Shown: piece after piece, positions 1 to 9,839 of the stretch | How positions within the stretch are numbered: position 1 is the stretch's first letter | How the letters are laid out: the number at the start of each line of letters is the position of its first letter | From: an uncultured archaeon | GTDB taxonomy: Archaea > Thermoproteota > Nitrososphaeria > JACIWG01 | Assembly (NCBI GenBank): GCA_938034445.1 | Contig: CALHLD010000026.1 | Location: 562 to 64,561, forward strand | Length of the DNA: 64,000 nucleotides | Direction of reading: 5' to 3' | Made by a program: the position numbers and the translations under genes | Notes under the pieces: model-generated | The model's input: the letters and a program-made list of their open reading frames with translations, nothing else | Told to the model about the DNA's origin: nothing | Database searches by the model: none

Positions 1-695
1 CCAGCTTCATCGATGTCTGCTCTGGTCTGGTTTCCCTCTAAATATCCCCAATATGATTCTCTTGGCGGATTCTGTCTATGTACAACCATGTGGTTAAAGA
101 ATATCATGTTATATGAGGCTATTCCTGGAAGAATTATTTTTGCACCACCACCGTAGCCGGTCATAGGATGTGGAACTATGCTGCCAATACCTATTCTTAA
201 ATCACAAGAATTATATTCTGAATTTATCTCAACCGGTGTCCCTTTGCTTGTTTTACCAACATACGTGCAATTTGAGAAAGGATTATGATTATATACCGGA
301 TAGTTTTTTACAACATCTTCACCCAACTTTTTGGAAAAGTCATCTCTATACCATGCTCCATGTAAGCCTCCGCCCATAATAAACCTGATACGCTCGTCAG
401 AAATGCCTGTCTCCTTTAACTCTCTTAAAACATAGGGTATAATCTGATACGCTCTTGTGACTCGAGTCATGTCATCAACAACGATGACGACATCCTTTTT
501 CCCTTCAGCGAGTTTTCTAAGCGGCTTTGTTCCGATAGGCTCACGTAGTGCTCGCACAATTTCCTCGCTTTTAACCAAAGGTTTATTGTAGCCTTTCATA
601 GGCAAAAATGAAACTTGCCATTCCTCTGGAAATAGTAGTTCTTGCATCTTTTGTCCATACCATGCCAATGTTGGAACCTCAAACCTTTTGTACAT
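1..695 (-). CDS. LarA-family (nickel-pincer) lactate racemase-like protein, runs off the window start
   Basis: Not in the ORF track. Manual translation from ATG at 695: MYKRFEVPTLAWYG...KDVVIVVDDMTR...MGGGLHG...VYNHNP...GKTSKGTPVEIN...IGSIVPHPMTGYGGGAKIILPGIA. These are hallmark LarA motifs (DxTR, GxH, PH..GY.GG.K.I.PG). Confidence 0.88.
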   Translation of the reverse strand, partial: MYKRFEVPTLAWYGQKMQELLFPEEWQVSFLPMKGYNKPLVKSEEIVRALREPIGTKPLRKLAEGKKDVVIVVDDMTRVTRAYQIIPYVLRELKETGISDERIRFIMGGGLHGAWYRDDFSKKLGEDVVKNYPVYNHNPFSNCTYVGKTSKGTPVEINSEYNSCDLRIGIGSIVPHPMTGYGGGAKIILPGIASYNMIFFNHMVVHRQNPPRESYWGYLEGNQTRADIDEA

Positions 696-747
696 AATTA
701 ATATTCATCTCCTCAAAACCACTATATTTTCTCATACTATAAAACCT

Positions 748-1755
748 TTAACCTCTCCTATCCTTCCCACCTTTTCTTATTCTATAATTGAAAATTAATA
801 TTAAGGTGAACGATGCCAAAATAATTAAAATTGTTGGTGTAAGCCAATAAAATTTTTGAGTAGAAAGATTTTCTTCTTCACTTATTTTATCGTAGGCTGA
901 AATTGTGATAGTATGCTGTCCCTCAATATTATCCAATAAAATGGTTGTAATATTTTGGTTTTTTAATAATTTTCCATCAAATTTCTTTCCATCTAAAGCA
1001 AAATCTAGTTGACTATAATATTTTTCATTTTCTACAAAAAGATTTATTAAGAATTTTGAGTTTGAATAAAAATCAATTTTTATTACTAAAACATTTCCAT
1101 TATATCCATAAAATATATTACTGATTCTTCCAGTAGTGAACCCAGCAACATTTATCTTGTAACTTTCGAAATTTAGGTCAAATATTCTATCACTCAAAAT
1201 TGTTTCAGGACAAGCTGGCATTCTTCCCTCATCAGAATATCCTAGAGATTCCCACAAACCTTTATAATCATAGTCTATGACTTCTATTCGTGAAATGTGT
1301 GTAACCCACTTGTAACCCCACCTGCAGGGTAAAATTATACGATAACCTCCTTCTCTACCTACAATTTCAGACAATATTGTTCCATTTGCCTCTAACGCTA
1401 AAATAACTGTTGGATCTAAAGCTTCTCTTAAAGTTATACTTGATGTAAAACCATCTGAGGCATAGAATAGAACTTCTTTGGCATTATCCTTAAGTTTTGC
1501 CTTGGAAAGTAAGTAAATTAACGGCACACCTGTCCAATTAAATTTTGCAACCTTATATCCCTCAACACACCAAAGCTCAACTATCTCCCAAACTTGTGGA
1601 AAGTTTCTCAACTCATCATAGGAAATTTTTAGTGGATTTTCTACTAATCCTTCAACAGTAAGTTCTTTAGGCTCCTCTAACGAATTGACCATACTGTTTA
1701 GGTTAGAGGATAAAACTATTGCTATAATTAGAAAAATAATGTTCTTTTTATTCAA
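748..1755 (-). CDS. Membrane-anchored molybdopterin oxidoreductase (sulfite oxidase/MsrP-like domain)
   Basis: LTVEGLVENP, Mo-ligand Cys in LWCVEG, WTGVPL, DGFTSSI, GYRIILPCRWGYKWV; N-terminal hydrophobic leader and C-terminal TM helix with basic tail. Confidence 0.85.
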   Translation of the reverse strand: MNKKNIIFLIIAIVLSSNLNSMVNSLEEPKELTVEGLVENPLKISYDELRNFPQVWEIVELWCVEGYKVAKFNWTGVPLIYLLSKAKLKDNAKEVLFYASDGFTSSITLREALDPTVILALEANGTILSEIVGREGGYRIILPCRWGYKWVTHISRIEVIDYDYKGLWESLGYSDEGRMPACPETILSDRIFDLNFESYKINVAGFTTGRISNIFYGYNGNVLVIKIDFYSNSKFLINLFVENEKYYSQLDFALDGKKFDGKLLKNQNITTILLDNIEGQHTITISAYDKISEEENLSTQKFYWLTPTILIILASFTLILIFNYRIRKGGKDRRG

Positions 1756-1872
1756 GCTTACACAATTTGACTATACTGTACCCGCTTATAATATTTTCTA
1801 AAAAACTGTTTTTATAAAGTTCAGAAAGTATAAAAAAGTGATAGCATATTATATTGGCATGAGGTGTAGGAT

Positions 1873-3510
1873 TTGAAGGTTAAGGAAGCGATTGTTAACA
1901 TTTTAAAGATGGAGGGTGTGAACTTTGTTACATGCTTTCCGCCAAACAAGCTGATAAATCCATGTGCCGAAAATGGTATAAGAACAATTTTAGTCCGCCA
2001 AGAAAGGGTTGCAATAAACATTGCTGATGGTTTTGCGCGTGTAAGCTTTAAGCCTGGTTTAGTCCTTGTCGCAGGGGGTGTAGGTATAGAAAATGCTTTC
2101 TCAGGAATCTCACAAGCTTACTCTGATATGGTGCCAATTCTTGTTTTTGTAGACCAATCTTCTACTGACAGAATCGGTACGAGACCAATACAAGACTTTG
2201 ATGCATTATTCACATTACATAAAGTAACCAAGTGGGTTGAACGAATAAATTCTGTGAAACAGACAGAAGAATTTATGCGGAGAGCGTTTACATATTTGCG
2301 TTCAGGCAAAACTGGTCCAGTGGTGCTAGAGCTTCCAGAAGATTTAGCTGAAGAAAATATGGTTACAGAATTATCTTATAAGCCTGTTAAAGGTTGGAAA
2401 TGTGCGGGAGACCCTGAAGATATTAGAACTGCTGTGAAAGCCTTATCTTCAGCTAAAAACCCACTTCTTTATGTTGGTGAAGGCGCCTTTTATGCCAAAG
2501 CTTGGGATGAAGTTAAAGAATTTGCTGAACTACTACGTTTACCTGTTATGACGACATTGAAGGCTAAGAGTATCTTTCCAGAAGATCATCCACTTTCTGT
2601 TGGTGTTGGCGGTAGAGTTGGCAGTAAGGTTGCTGCACACTTTCTAAAAAAGGCTGATCTTGTGTTAGCTATTGGTGCAAGCTTAACCAGAGGTTTGACT
2701 ACCTCAATAATAGGTGCACCGATGCCAAGAGGAAAAATAATTGTACAGTCTACTGTTGACGAATGGGACATAAACAAAGACTATTATGCAGACTATGTTA
2801 TAGTTGGTGACGCAAAGCTTGTGCTAAGACAGCTTATCGAAGAAGTTAAGAGACAGAATGTTAAGCTTTCTGGAAGAGAAGGGTTAGAGGATGAAATTAG
2901 AAGGTTAAAGGAAGAATGGTTAAAAGAATGGATGCCAAAACTTACTTCAAATGAAGTGCCCATAAACCCGTACCGTGTTATATGGGAAATTGTTCAAACG
3001 GTTGATAGAAAAAATACTATAATAACACATGATGCAGGCTGTCCAAGAGATCATCTAGCACCATTCTATGAAGCAATAATACCAAGAGGATATTTGGGCT
3101 GGGGTCATCATAGTACGCTAGGCTACTCACTTGGTGGTGCAATGGGCGCAAAACTCGCTTGCCCAGATAAGACTGTAATAAATGTTGTAGGTGACGCTGG
3201 GTTTGGAATGGTGGGCATGGATTTCGAAACAGCGGTACGGGAAAATATACCAATACTAACTGTTCTATTAAACAATTCTGGAATGGGTACATATTTTGAA
3301 TGGACACCTTCTACATCTAAACTTTCAGGCAAATATGCGGAGGTTGCAGAAGCTTTAGGCGGATACAGTGAAAGAATTGAAAAACCAGATGAAATTTCAT
3401 CCGCCCTAAAAAGGGCTATAAAGGAGACTAAAAATGGGAAACCAGCCCTTGTTGAAATAATAACAAAGGTTGATGTAGAGTTTCAAACAAAGTATTGGAA
3501 AGACATTTAA
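1873..3510 (+). CDS. Thiamine-pyrophosphate-dependent enzyme (acetolactate synthase-like superfamily)
   Basis: RQE...ADGFAR N-terminal motif, GPVVLELPED, TPP motif GDAGF...NN. Confidence 0.9.
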   Translation: MKVKEAIVNILKMEGVNFVTCFPPNKLINPCAENGIRTILVRQERVAINIADGFARVSFKPGLVLVAGGVGIENAFSGISQAYSDMVPILVFVDQSSTDRIGTRPIQDFDALFTLHKVTKWVERINSVKQTEEFMRRAFTYLRSGKTGPVVLELPEDLAEENMVTELSYKPVKGWKCAGDPEDIRTAVKALSSAKNPLLYVGEGAFYAKAWDEVKEFAELLRLPVMTTLKAKSIFPEDHPLSVGVGGRVGSKVAAHFLKKADLVLAIGASLTRGLTTSIIGAPMPRGKIIVQSTVDEWDINKDYYADYVIVGDAKLVLRQLIEEVKRQNVKLSGREGLEDEIRRLKEEWLKEWMPKLTSNEVPINPYRVIWEIVQTVDRKNTIITHDAGCPRDHLAPFYEAIIPRGYLGWGHHSTLGYSLGGAMGAKLACPDKTVINVVGDAGFGMVGMDFETAVRENIPILTVLLNNSGMGTYFEWTPSTSKLSGKYAEVAEALGGYSERIEKPDEISSALKRAIKETKNGKPALVEIITKVDVEFQTKYWKDI

Positions 3511-3511
3511 C

Positions 3512-4195
3512 TTAAATAAAGTTAATTAACTCCATCAAACTTTTAACTTTTTTAACCCTCAATTCCCTAATTTTATCTTCCCTATCAACTAATATTGCAT
3601 TTATGCCCGCGTTTACTGCACCAAGATAATCGTTTTCTAGGGAATCGCCAACGAACAACGTCCTCTCTTTCTCCAACCCATATTTCTCAAGTGTTTTAAC
3701 GAAAATTTCTTTTTCAGGCTTAACACATTTGAATGTGTCTATACCAACCTTTATCTTAAAATATTCTCTAATACCCGTTATACCTAAAATGTGTTCAATA
3801 TCGCTTTCAAGAGAGTTTGAGATAACTCCCAAGACAATACCGTTTCTATATAATTTTAATAACGTTTCCATAACATCTTGATATAATACTATGTTTACAT
3901 GATCCCACCACATCCTATCCATTACATCAGCAATCTCTTCCACATTACCTCTAACCCCAAGCTTTTCAAGTAATCTGAGATTAAAGTTTATCCAAAATCT
4001 TCCCCCCATTAAAATGATTTCCTTTAAAATTGTTGGATTGTTTAGTTCATCATAAACCTTAGCAATATCCTCAACTTTTATTGTAACATTATACTTTCTT
4101 AGAATTTTATTATAAACTCCTGCAACTTCCAATATGTCTGAACCTTTTATTAACGTTCCCCCTAGGTCGAATAAGACTGTAGTAATTTTTGGCAC
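3512..4195 (-). CDS. HAD-superfamily hydrolase (IA)
   Basis: FDLGGTL, ISNS, KPEKEIF, VGDSLENDYLGA. Confidence 0.9.
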   Translation of the reverse strand: MPKITTVLFDLGGTLIKGSDILEVAGVYNKILRKYNVTIKVEDIAKVYDELNNPTILKEIILMGGRFWINFNLRLLEKLGVRGNVEEIADVMDRMWWDHVNIVLYQDVMETLLKLYRNGIVLGVISNSLESDIEHILGITGIREYFKIKVGIDTFKCVKPEKEIFVKTLEKYGLEKERTLFVGDSLENDYLGAVNAGINAILVDREDKIRELRVKKVKSLMELINFI

Positions 4196-4267
4196 ATCCG
4201 TCTTTACATTATAATGTATAATAAATTTTTTAAATTTAACAAAATTCAGTAATATTTATATAGTTTT

Positions 4268-4286
4268 ATATCGGGGTCGATATCGA
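4268..4286. promoter_or_regulatory. Putative PadR operator
   Basis: ATATCG-gggt-CGATAT inverted repeat overlapping the palindrome TCGATATCGA, just upstream of padR and downstream of an AT-rich TATA-like tract. Confidence 0.5.
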
Positions 4287-4293
4287 TATTGAT

Positions 4294-4833
4294 ATGATGC
4301 ATAGGCACTGGGAAAAGCACACTGCATGTGTTCCAAAAGGCTTCCTAAGATTAACTATACTAAAGCTTTTAAATGAAAGGGAACTTTCTGGTTCGGAAAT
4401 AATGGATATAATAGAGAGGGAAACTAAAGGTCTTTGGAGGCCTAGTCCTGGTTCAGTTTATCCATTACTTGCATGGTTAGTGTATAAGGGGTTTATTAAA
4501 GAATCTCAAAAGAGTGAAAATGGTATGAAAAGGTACACGCTTACAGAGGAAGGGAAAGCTTTTCTAAAAAATGCAAGGGATGTGATTATGGATTTCGGTT
4601 CATTAAAATTTATGATTCCTACGCTAATAAGCCAATTTGGTATAACGCCTAGGGAAGAAGATCTTCAACTTAAAGCATATTTGACTAGATTTTTTAGTGA
4701 CCTCATCAATTTTAGAAAAGACTTTGAAGTTAACCCTTCTAAACAAAAGTTTGAGGAAGTCTGTACAATTATCAGAGAAGCTTGTGAGAGAATTGAAAAC
4801 GTTTTAGATCAGGATGATAAAGTTAATGGTTAA
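4294..4833 (+). CDS. PadR-family transcriptional regulator
   Basis: G.EIM..I, WRPSPGSVYPLL, KRYTLTEEG. Confidence 0.92.
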   Translation: MMHRHWEKHTACVPKGFLRLTILKLLNERELSGSEIMDIIERETKGLWRPSPGSVYPLLAWLVYKGFIKESQKSENGMKRYTLTEEGKAFLKNARDVIMDFGSLKFMIPTLISQFGITPREEDLQLKAYLTRFFSDLINFRKDFEVNPSKQKFEEVCTIIREACERIENVLDQDDKVNG

Positions 4834-4845
4834 GGTGAATATTGT

Positions 4846-5844
4846 ATGCATCTTGTAGAGGTTAAAGGTTTAACAAAAATTTTTAACGGCACTATAAAGG
4901 CTGTGGACAATGTTAGCTTTGAAGTTGATGAAGGTGAAATCTTTGGTCTCCTTGGTCCAAATGGTGCCGGTAAGACTACGATAATAAATATGCTGACTAC
5001 TGTACTGAAACCTACCTCTGGAACAGCATTAATAGGTGGATATGATATTGTAAAGCAGTCTAAAGAAGTTAGACAGTTGATCGGCGTTGTGCCCCAAGAG
5101 TATACTGCTGACGAGGATTTGACAGGCTACGAGAACGCGCTATTGTGTGCAGACCTATACGGTATTACAAGAAGTTTATCAAAACAGAGGATAAATGAGC
5201 TTTTTAAGCTAGTGGAGCTTGAAAATGCTGCACACAGGCTTGTAGAAACATATTCTGGTGGAATGAGAAGAAGACTTGAACTTGTTTGTGGTCTAGTGAG
5301 TAGACCTAAGCTACTTTTTTTGGATGAGCCCACTTTAGGTCTTGATGTCCAAACCAGGGCCGCAATATGGAATTATATACGGAGATTAAAGGACGAATAT
5401 AATATGACCATATTTCTGACAACACATTATATGGAAGAAGCTGACTCACTATGCGATAGGATAGCAATAATAGACCATGGTCATGTACTAAAAATAGGTT
5501 CTCCTATCGAATTAAAAAATAGTATTGGAGGCGATATTATAGAAATTGAAGTGAAAGAGGATGCGGATGATTTGTCAAAAATTTTGTTAGATATAAAGCA
5601 TGTTAAAAATGTAAAAAGGAACAATTCAACCTACATCGTTAGAGCAGAGTTAGGCGAGGAAGTTGCACCCGAGATTATTGAGGCAATTAGGGCTAAAGGT
5701 TTACATATTTCAAAGATATCTCTAACAAAACCTACACTAGATGAAGTATACTTAGAGTATACTGGTCGAAAGCTTAGAGATGCGCAAGCAAACTGGGAAG
5801 AGATTGCCTCAATAAGAAGAACGATAAAGAGGGCTAGATCCTGA
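4846..5844 (+). CDS. ABC exporter ATP-binding subunit (DrrA-like)
   Basis: GPNGAGKTT, YSGGMRRR, LFLDEPT, TTHYMEEA. Confidence 0.95.
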   Translation: MHLVEVKGLTKIFNGTIKAVDNVSFEVDEGEIFGLLGPNGAGKTTIINMLTTVLKPTSGTALIGGYDIVKQSKEVRQLIGVVPQEYTADEDLTGYENALLCADLYGITRSLSKQRINELFKLVELENAAHRLVETYSGGMRRRLELVCGLVSRPKLLFLDEPTLGLDVQTRAAIWNYIRRLKDEYNMTIFLTTHYMEEADSLCDRIAIIDHGHVLKIGSPIELKNSIGGDIIEIEVKEDADDLSKILLDIKHVKNVKRNNSTYIVRAELGEEVAPEIIEAIRAKGLHISKISLTKPTLDEVYLEYTGRKLRDAQANWEEIASIRRTIKRARS

Positions 5845-6743
5845 TGAGCGCACAGACTAATCTCACAGATAACAGAAATTTGGAGGTTAATGTGAGTCCC
5901 CTACATGGTCTTTGGGCTTTAACAAATAGGGAGTTGAAAAAATGGTACAAGAAACCATTTATCCTTACAATGTCCTTAGTCCAGCCTTTTATTTGGCTCG
6001 CGCTCTTCGGCAGAGCAATGAACATTAACGCAATATTCACGAGTGGATCATTCAATATACCTGGCCTAAATATTCCTAAAGAGATAATAAATCAGATATC
6101 AAAGCAGATTATGGAGTCCACATTCGGAACATCAGACTATTTCTCATTTCTTGCTGTTGGAATGCTTTCTTTTATAGCCTTGTTTACTGCAATGTTTAGT
6201 GGAATGTCAATTGTATGGGATAGACGTTTAGGTTTCCTTGGTAAGGTTCTTAGTACACCAATATCTAGGGGTATAATTCCTTTAAGTAAGGTTCTAAGTG
6301 CTGTAGTCCGTGCAATTGTTCAGGCATCAATTGTTTTAATAATAGCTGTCTTCCTAGGCTTAGACACGTCACATATTACATTGTTTAATGTTCTAGGCGC
6401 ATTTTCTGCACTTTTCCTAATGGTATTAGGTTTTTCATCTCTTTTTGTTATGCTCGCAATACGTTCTACAAGCTGGGAAACGCAGCAAGCTATAGTAAAT
6501 CTTCTTAATATGCCATTAATTTTTGCAAGCAATATAATTTTTCCAGCAAAATATATGCCAGAGTGGCTTCAGCCAATTGTTTACATAAATCCTATCAGCT
6601 ACGCAACAGACATTTCTAGACAACTACTACTAGGTTCGCCTGGAATGGCAAGTTTAGCCTTTGACTTCCTATATTTGGGCTCATTCGCTTTAACTATAAC
6701 TATAGTAGGTATTATATTGTCTTGGCACTATTTAAGCAAATAA
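5844..6743 (+). CDS. ABC-2 type exporter permease (DrrB-like)
   Basis: Multiple TM helices, SIVWDRRLG, MPEWLQ..NP.SY; overlaps the ATPase stop. Confidence 0.93.
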   Translation: MSAQTNLTDNRNLEVNVSPLHGLWALTNRELKKWYKKPFILTMSLVQPFIWLALFGRAMNINAIFTSGSFNIPGLNIPKEIINQISKQIMESTFGTSDYFSFLAVGMLSFIALFTAMFSGMSIVWDRRLGFLGKVLSTPISRGIIPLSKVLSAVVRAIVQASIVLIIAVFLGLDTSHITLFNVLGAFSALFLMVLGFSSLFVMLAIRSTSWETQQAIVNLLNMPLIFASNIIFPAKYMPEWLQPIVYINPISYATDISRQLLLGSPGMASLAFDFLYLGSFALTITIVGIILSWHYLSK

Positions 6744-7292
6744 TAAAATTCATAATTTTTACTCTAAAATTTTCATCCAAGATTTAATATAATAAATTTC
6801 CCTAACAAGCTTATAAAGTGCATCTTGTAAAGCATATCTCATAAAATTGGTTATCTCATTATCTTTTTTAATGATTTTAAAAAGTTTGGTTTCTAAACCT
6901 TCTCCTATATTTAACAGAATCTTTGCTGTCCAAATTTGCTGTGGTAATGTTGTTTCCGTATCGACATCTTGTTTAAATGTTTTTCTTTCACCTACGCTAG
7001 AAAATCTTTCTGTAATAGTATGCAATTTACTAAAGTTAATAGCCAATATTAGATCGCCTAAAAGGCCTAATTTTCCTCTAACATAGGTGTTCGTGGATTT
7101 AAATCCTCCTCCACCTTAGCACCTCTACTTCTAGTACAGTTTCCATATTCGCTGATTTCTGTATCTTTTCCTACCTATTTCGACTGCAATCCCCAGCTGA
7201 GCAGTATTCATACCAAAGTAGGTACAAGTCCATCAATTCAGCTCTTTCCAGTCTTTTGGATGACTCTTGTATTTCTACCTATTTCTCCTCAG

Positions 7293-8090
7293 CTATGGAT
7301 CTGGAGGAAAATATTCATTATCGCCAGTGTAAGTTGTGCTCCAAAGACATGTGCCTGCGGAGTAGTGTGTTCCCCCATTGAATCCTATTTTGACAACGTT
7401 AGGTCTATATACGTAGATTAGCATCGACGAGGGAGATGACTGGTCGTACACGTAAGTTGAACCGGAATTTCTCCTCCCTGTTGATAGCACTTGGGCCCAC
7501 AACGCTATCTGGTCAACATAGATATTGCCAAAGCCAGTTGTTTGGCCTGATTCAGCTATTCCTCCAACGTTGCCTGAAAGCCTACCGTAGGCTACGGAGT
7601 GAACTTTTACATAAATGGCAACTCCAGTTGAACTCTTTGTAAACATGAATGTTATACAGCCCAAAGACGGATAGACGGCTATACTAAAATAAATAGGATC
7701 AGAGGCACTCCATCCTGCTGGAGGTAGCACACCATTACCTTGATAGCCTATTCCAGGCTTGTAGTACGTCCAGAACATAGCCCATGAATGCGGAGGAATT
7801 AAAGTCTTTCCACCACTTATTGAAAGGTAGACATCAAGGCCATTGTATATGTACCCATTTTGTACGAACACACCGTCAGTTGTGGTAGAAGACATCCAGA
7901 AGAAAAATACGGCTTGATTTGGTGAAGTTGACCAACGCATACCTTGAGTGGGCATCTCTATGGAATCATATTGAGATGTCGTTGGTTGCATTGAGGTACC
8001 ATATTGCCACGCTTTCACAGACGATAGAGAAAGCAACAAAAGCGATATCGTAGTGAGCAGCAATATTGAAAGAAGCTTATTGCTTAACAT
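7293..8090 (-). CDS. Secreted beta-rich hypothetical protein (possible glutamic-peptidase-like fold)
   Basis: Signal peptide ending VKA; G/S/T/Y/W-rich mature region; higher GC than the flanks. Confidence 0.6.
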   Translation of the reverse strand: MLSNKLLSILLLTTISLLLLSLSSVKAWQYGTSMQPTTSQYDSIEMPTQGMRWSTSPNQAVFFFWMSSTTTDGVFVQNGYIYNGLDVYLSISGGKTLIPPHSWAMFWTYYKPGIGYQGNGVLPPAGWSASDPIYFSIAVYPSLGCITFMFTKSSTGVAIYVKVHSVAYGRLSGNVGGIAESGQTTGFGNIYVDQIALWAQVLSTGRRNSGSTYVYDQSSPSSMLIYVYRPNVVKIGFNGGTHYSAGTCLWSTTYTGDNEYFPPDP

Positions 8091-8098
8091 ATTTACCT

Positions 8099-8674
8099 CT
8101 ATTTTACCTCTATTGTTCCTCTTACAGCCAGTTCCTTATCTTCCACTTCGAACATTATGGTGAATGAGTATAATCCTGGGCTGACTTCCACATTACCAGC
8201 CGTGGGACTCCTTTTCGCCTCCCATTCAAGATAGAAAACATAGTCTTGGGGCGGATTCTCTCCAGTGGCCAGGGTTCTGTGAGGCAGCCAAATACACACG
8301 TCGTAAACCTTTTCTTCATTGGAGTTTGCTACAGTAAATCTTGCTAGACTAACATTCCAAGCTTTTGGTCCTGTAAGGTTAATTCTCATCCGTAGTGTTT
8401 CCCCAGTTTTCACGCTTGAACTTGAAAGAAAGACATTTACTCCCAAGCTCTCTAAGCTACTTGTGAATCTTGGACCGTTGAATTCTGCTGGAGCGACAGT
8501 GATAGTTCGGTTTTCCCCGTTAATTGTTTTGTTTCCGCTAATAGTCATAGTTCCAGTGCTTATGGTTACATGAGTATCTTGAGAGTTAAACCCTTTAAAA
8601 CTCAGCGTGATGCCAACACCTGTAACTAAGAGTACAACAAGAAAACACAAGACAATATGCGTTCTGCCGAACAT
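8099..8674 (-). CDS. Membrane-anchored hypothetical protein, Ig-like beta-sandwich
   Basis: N-terminal TM anchor; VKTGETLRMRINL and VSPGLYSFTI are typical of Ig-like strands; 8 bp from the next gene. Confidence 0.6.
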   Translation of the reverse strand: MFGRTHIVLCFLVVLLVTGVGITLSFKGFNSQDTHVTISTGTMTISGNKTINGENRTITVAPAEFNGPRFTSSLESLGVNVFLSSSSVKTGETLRMRINLTGPKAWNVSLARFTVANSNEEKVYDVCIWLPHRTLATGENPPQDYVFYLEWEAKRSPTAGNVEVSPGLYSFTIMFEVEDKELAVRGTIEVK

Positions 8675-9087
8675 AACACTTACTCTCCAAGGACAGCATA
8701 AGATGAATCAGCTTATAAGTTTTCGAACAATTTTTATTAAAATAAATGTTCCCGATAGTGATTTTCTAGAAAAAGATAAGGAAGTTCAGAGTTAGATAAA
8801 CGATTCTTGCAGACGTTGTTTGTTCGAACCATTATTGAGCGAAAACCAGCCATTTCGTAAGTACAAGCAAAAAGTTAAATGATTGGCAGGAGGCGCATGT
8901 TTGAGATTATCAAGAAAGAATTTGCCGGAAAATTCATGCGAAATCCACATAGCACAGTCGCACACACGCATAAGCGTTTGATGGCCCAAAAGAGATTTGA
9001 ACTTCCATTTCCTTCTGTCGATGTTTTAAGCAGCCGTTTCTAACTTAGGGCTTAAAACAGGATTTTAATCTACGCAGCCTACTACGG

Positions 9088-9186
9088 TTATTTTTGTTTA
9101 TGGAAGAGCACAAGATTCTAGGACGTTGTGCAGACATAGTTGAATCCATCTTCGACAAGTTAGTATGCTTCTTCAACATTTTTCCA
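9088..9186 (-). pseudogene. C-terminal remnant of an archaeal tyrosine recombinase/integrase
   Basis: Reads KNVEEAY*LVEDGFNYVCTTS*NLVLFHKQK*, resembling the K.VEEA..L.E.GF.YVC......LFRKRK tail of archaeal integrases, with two in-frame stops. Confidence 0.6.
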
Positions 9187-9189
9187 ATT

Positions 9190-9762
9190 TCAATATTGTG
9201 GTCTTAAAAACATTTTGTCAGTAGGCTTATATTGATACGGTTGCCCAAATACTTCACTATAAGCTAAGTTATTTACTCCCCTCCTTGGTGTTATCATGGG
9301 CTCCTCATCTGGATATCCTACTGGAATTATTGCTACAGGTTTCAGTTCCCTCACATCTACACACTTACTCACTTCTTCATCATTAAATGCTCCAACCCAA
9401 ACACTACCAAGTCCTAAAGCTGTTGCTGCAAGTTGCAAATATGAGGCTGCAATCGTAGCATCTTGTAGACAATAAAGGTCTATACCACGTTTACCGTATC
9501 TTCTTGCAGACCTTTTTGGGTTGCTTAAAAATACAAATACGACGGGCGCTTCTGTAATAAACTCTTGGCCTAATGCGGCTTCAGATAATCTTCTCTTTCT
9601 ATCCTCATCCTTTACTACAATAATCTCGTAAGCTTGTAGGTCTCCTGCTGAAGGTGCAAGATTCGCAACCTCTAAGAGCCTGTTTATCTTCCATTCTTCA
9701 ACAGGATCTTTTTTAAACGCTCTAACTGAACGTCTCCTAATAATGGTTTCAAAAAACTCCAT
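9190..9762 (-). CDS. Nitroreductase family protein
   Basis: RRSVRAF, APSAGDLQ, LGLGSVWVGAF, PVGYP. Confidence 0.93.
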   Translation of the reverse strand: MEFFETIIRRRSVRAFKKDPVEEWKINRLLEVANLAPSAGDLQAYEIIVVKDEDRKRRLSEAALGQEFITEAPVVFVFLSNPKRSARRYGKRGIDLYCLQDATIAASYLQLAATALGLGSVWVGAFNDEEVSKCVDVRELKPVAIIPVGYPDEEPMITPRRGVNNLAYSEVFGQPYQYKPTDKMFLRPQY

Positions 9763-9839
9763 ATAAAAACCATTCTTCTAAATAATATAAAAATATTTTT
9801 AAACACAATATCTTTAAATTTTTTAGAGTTTGAGCTCAA

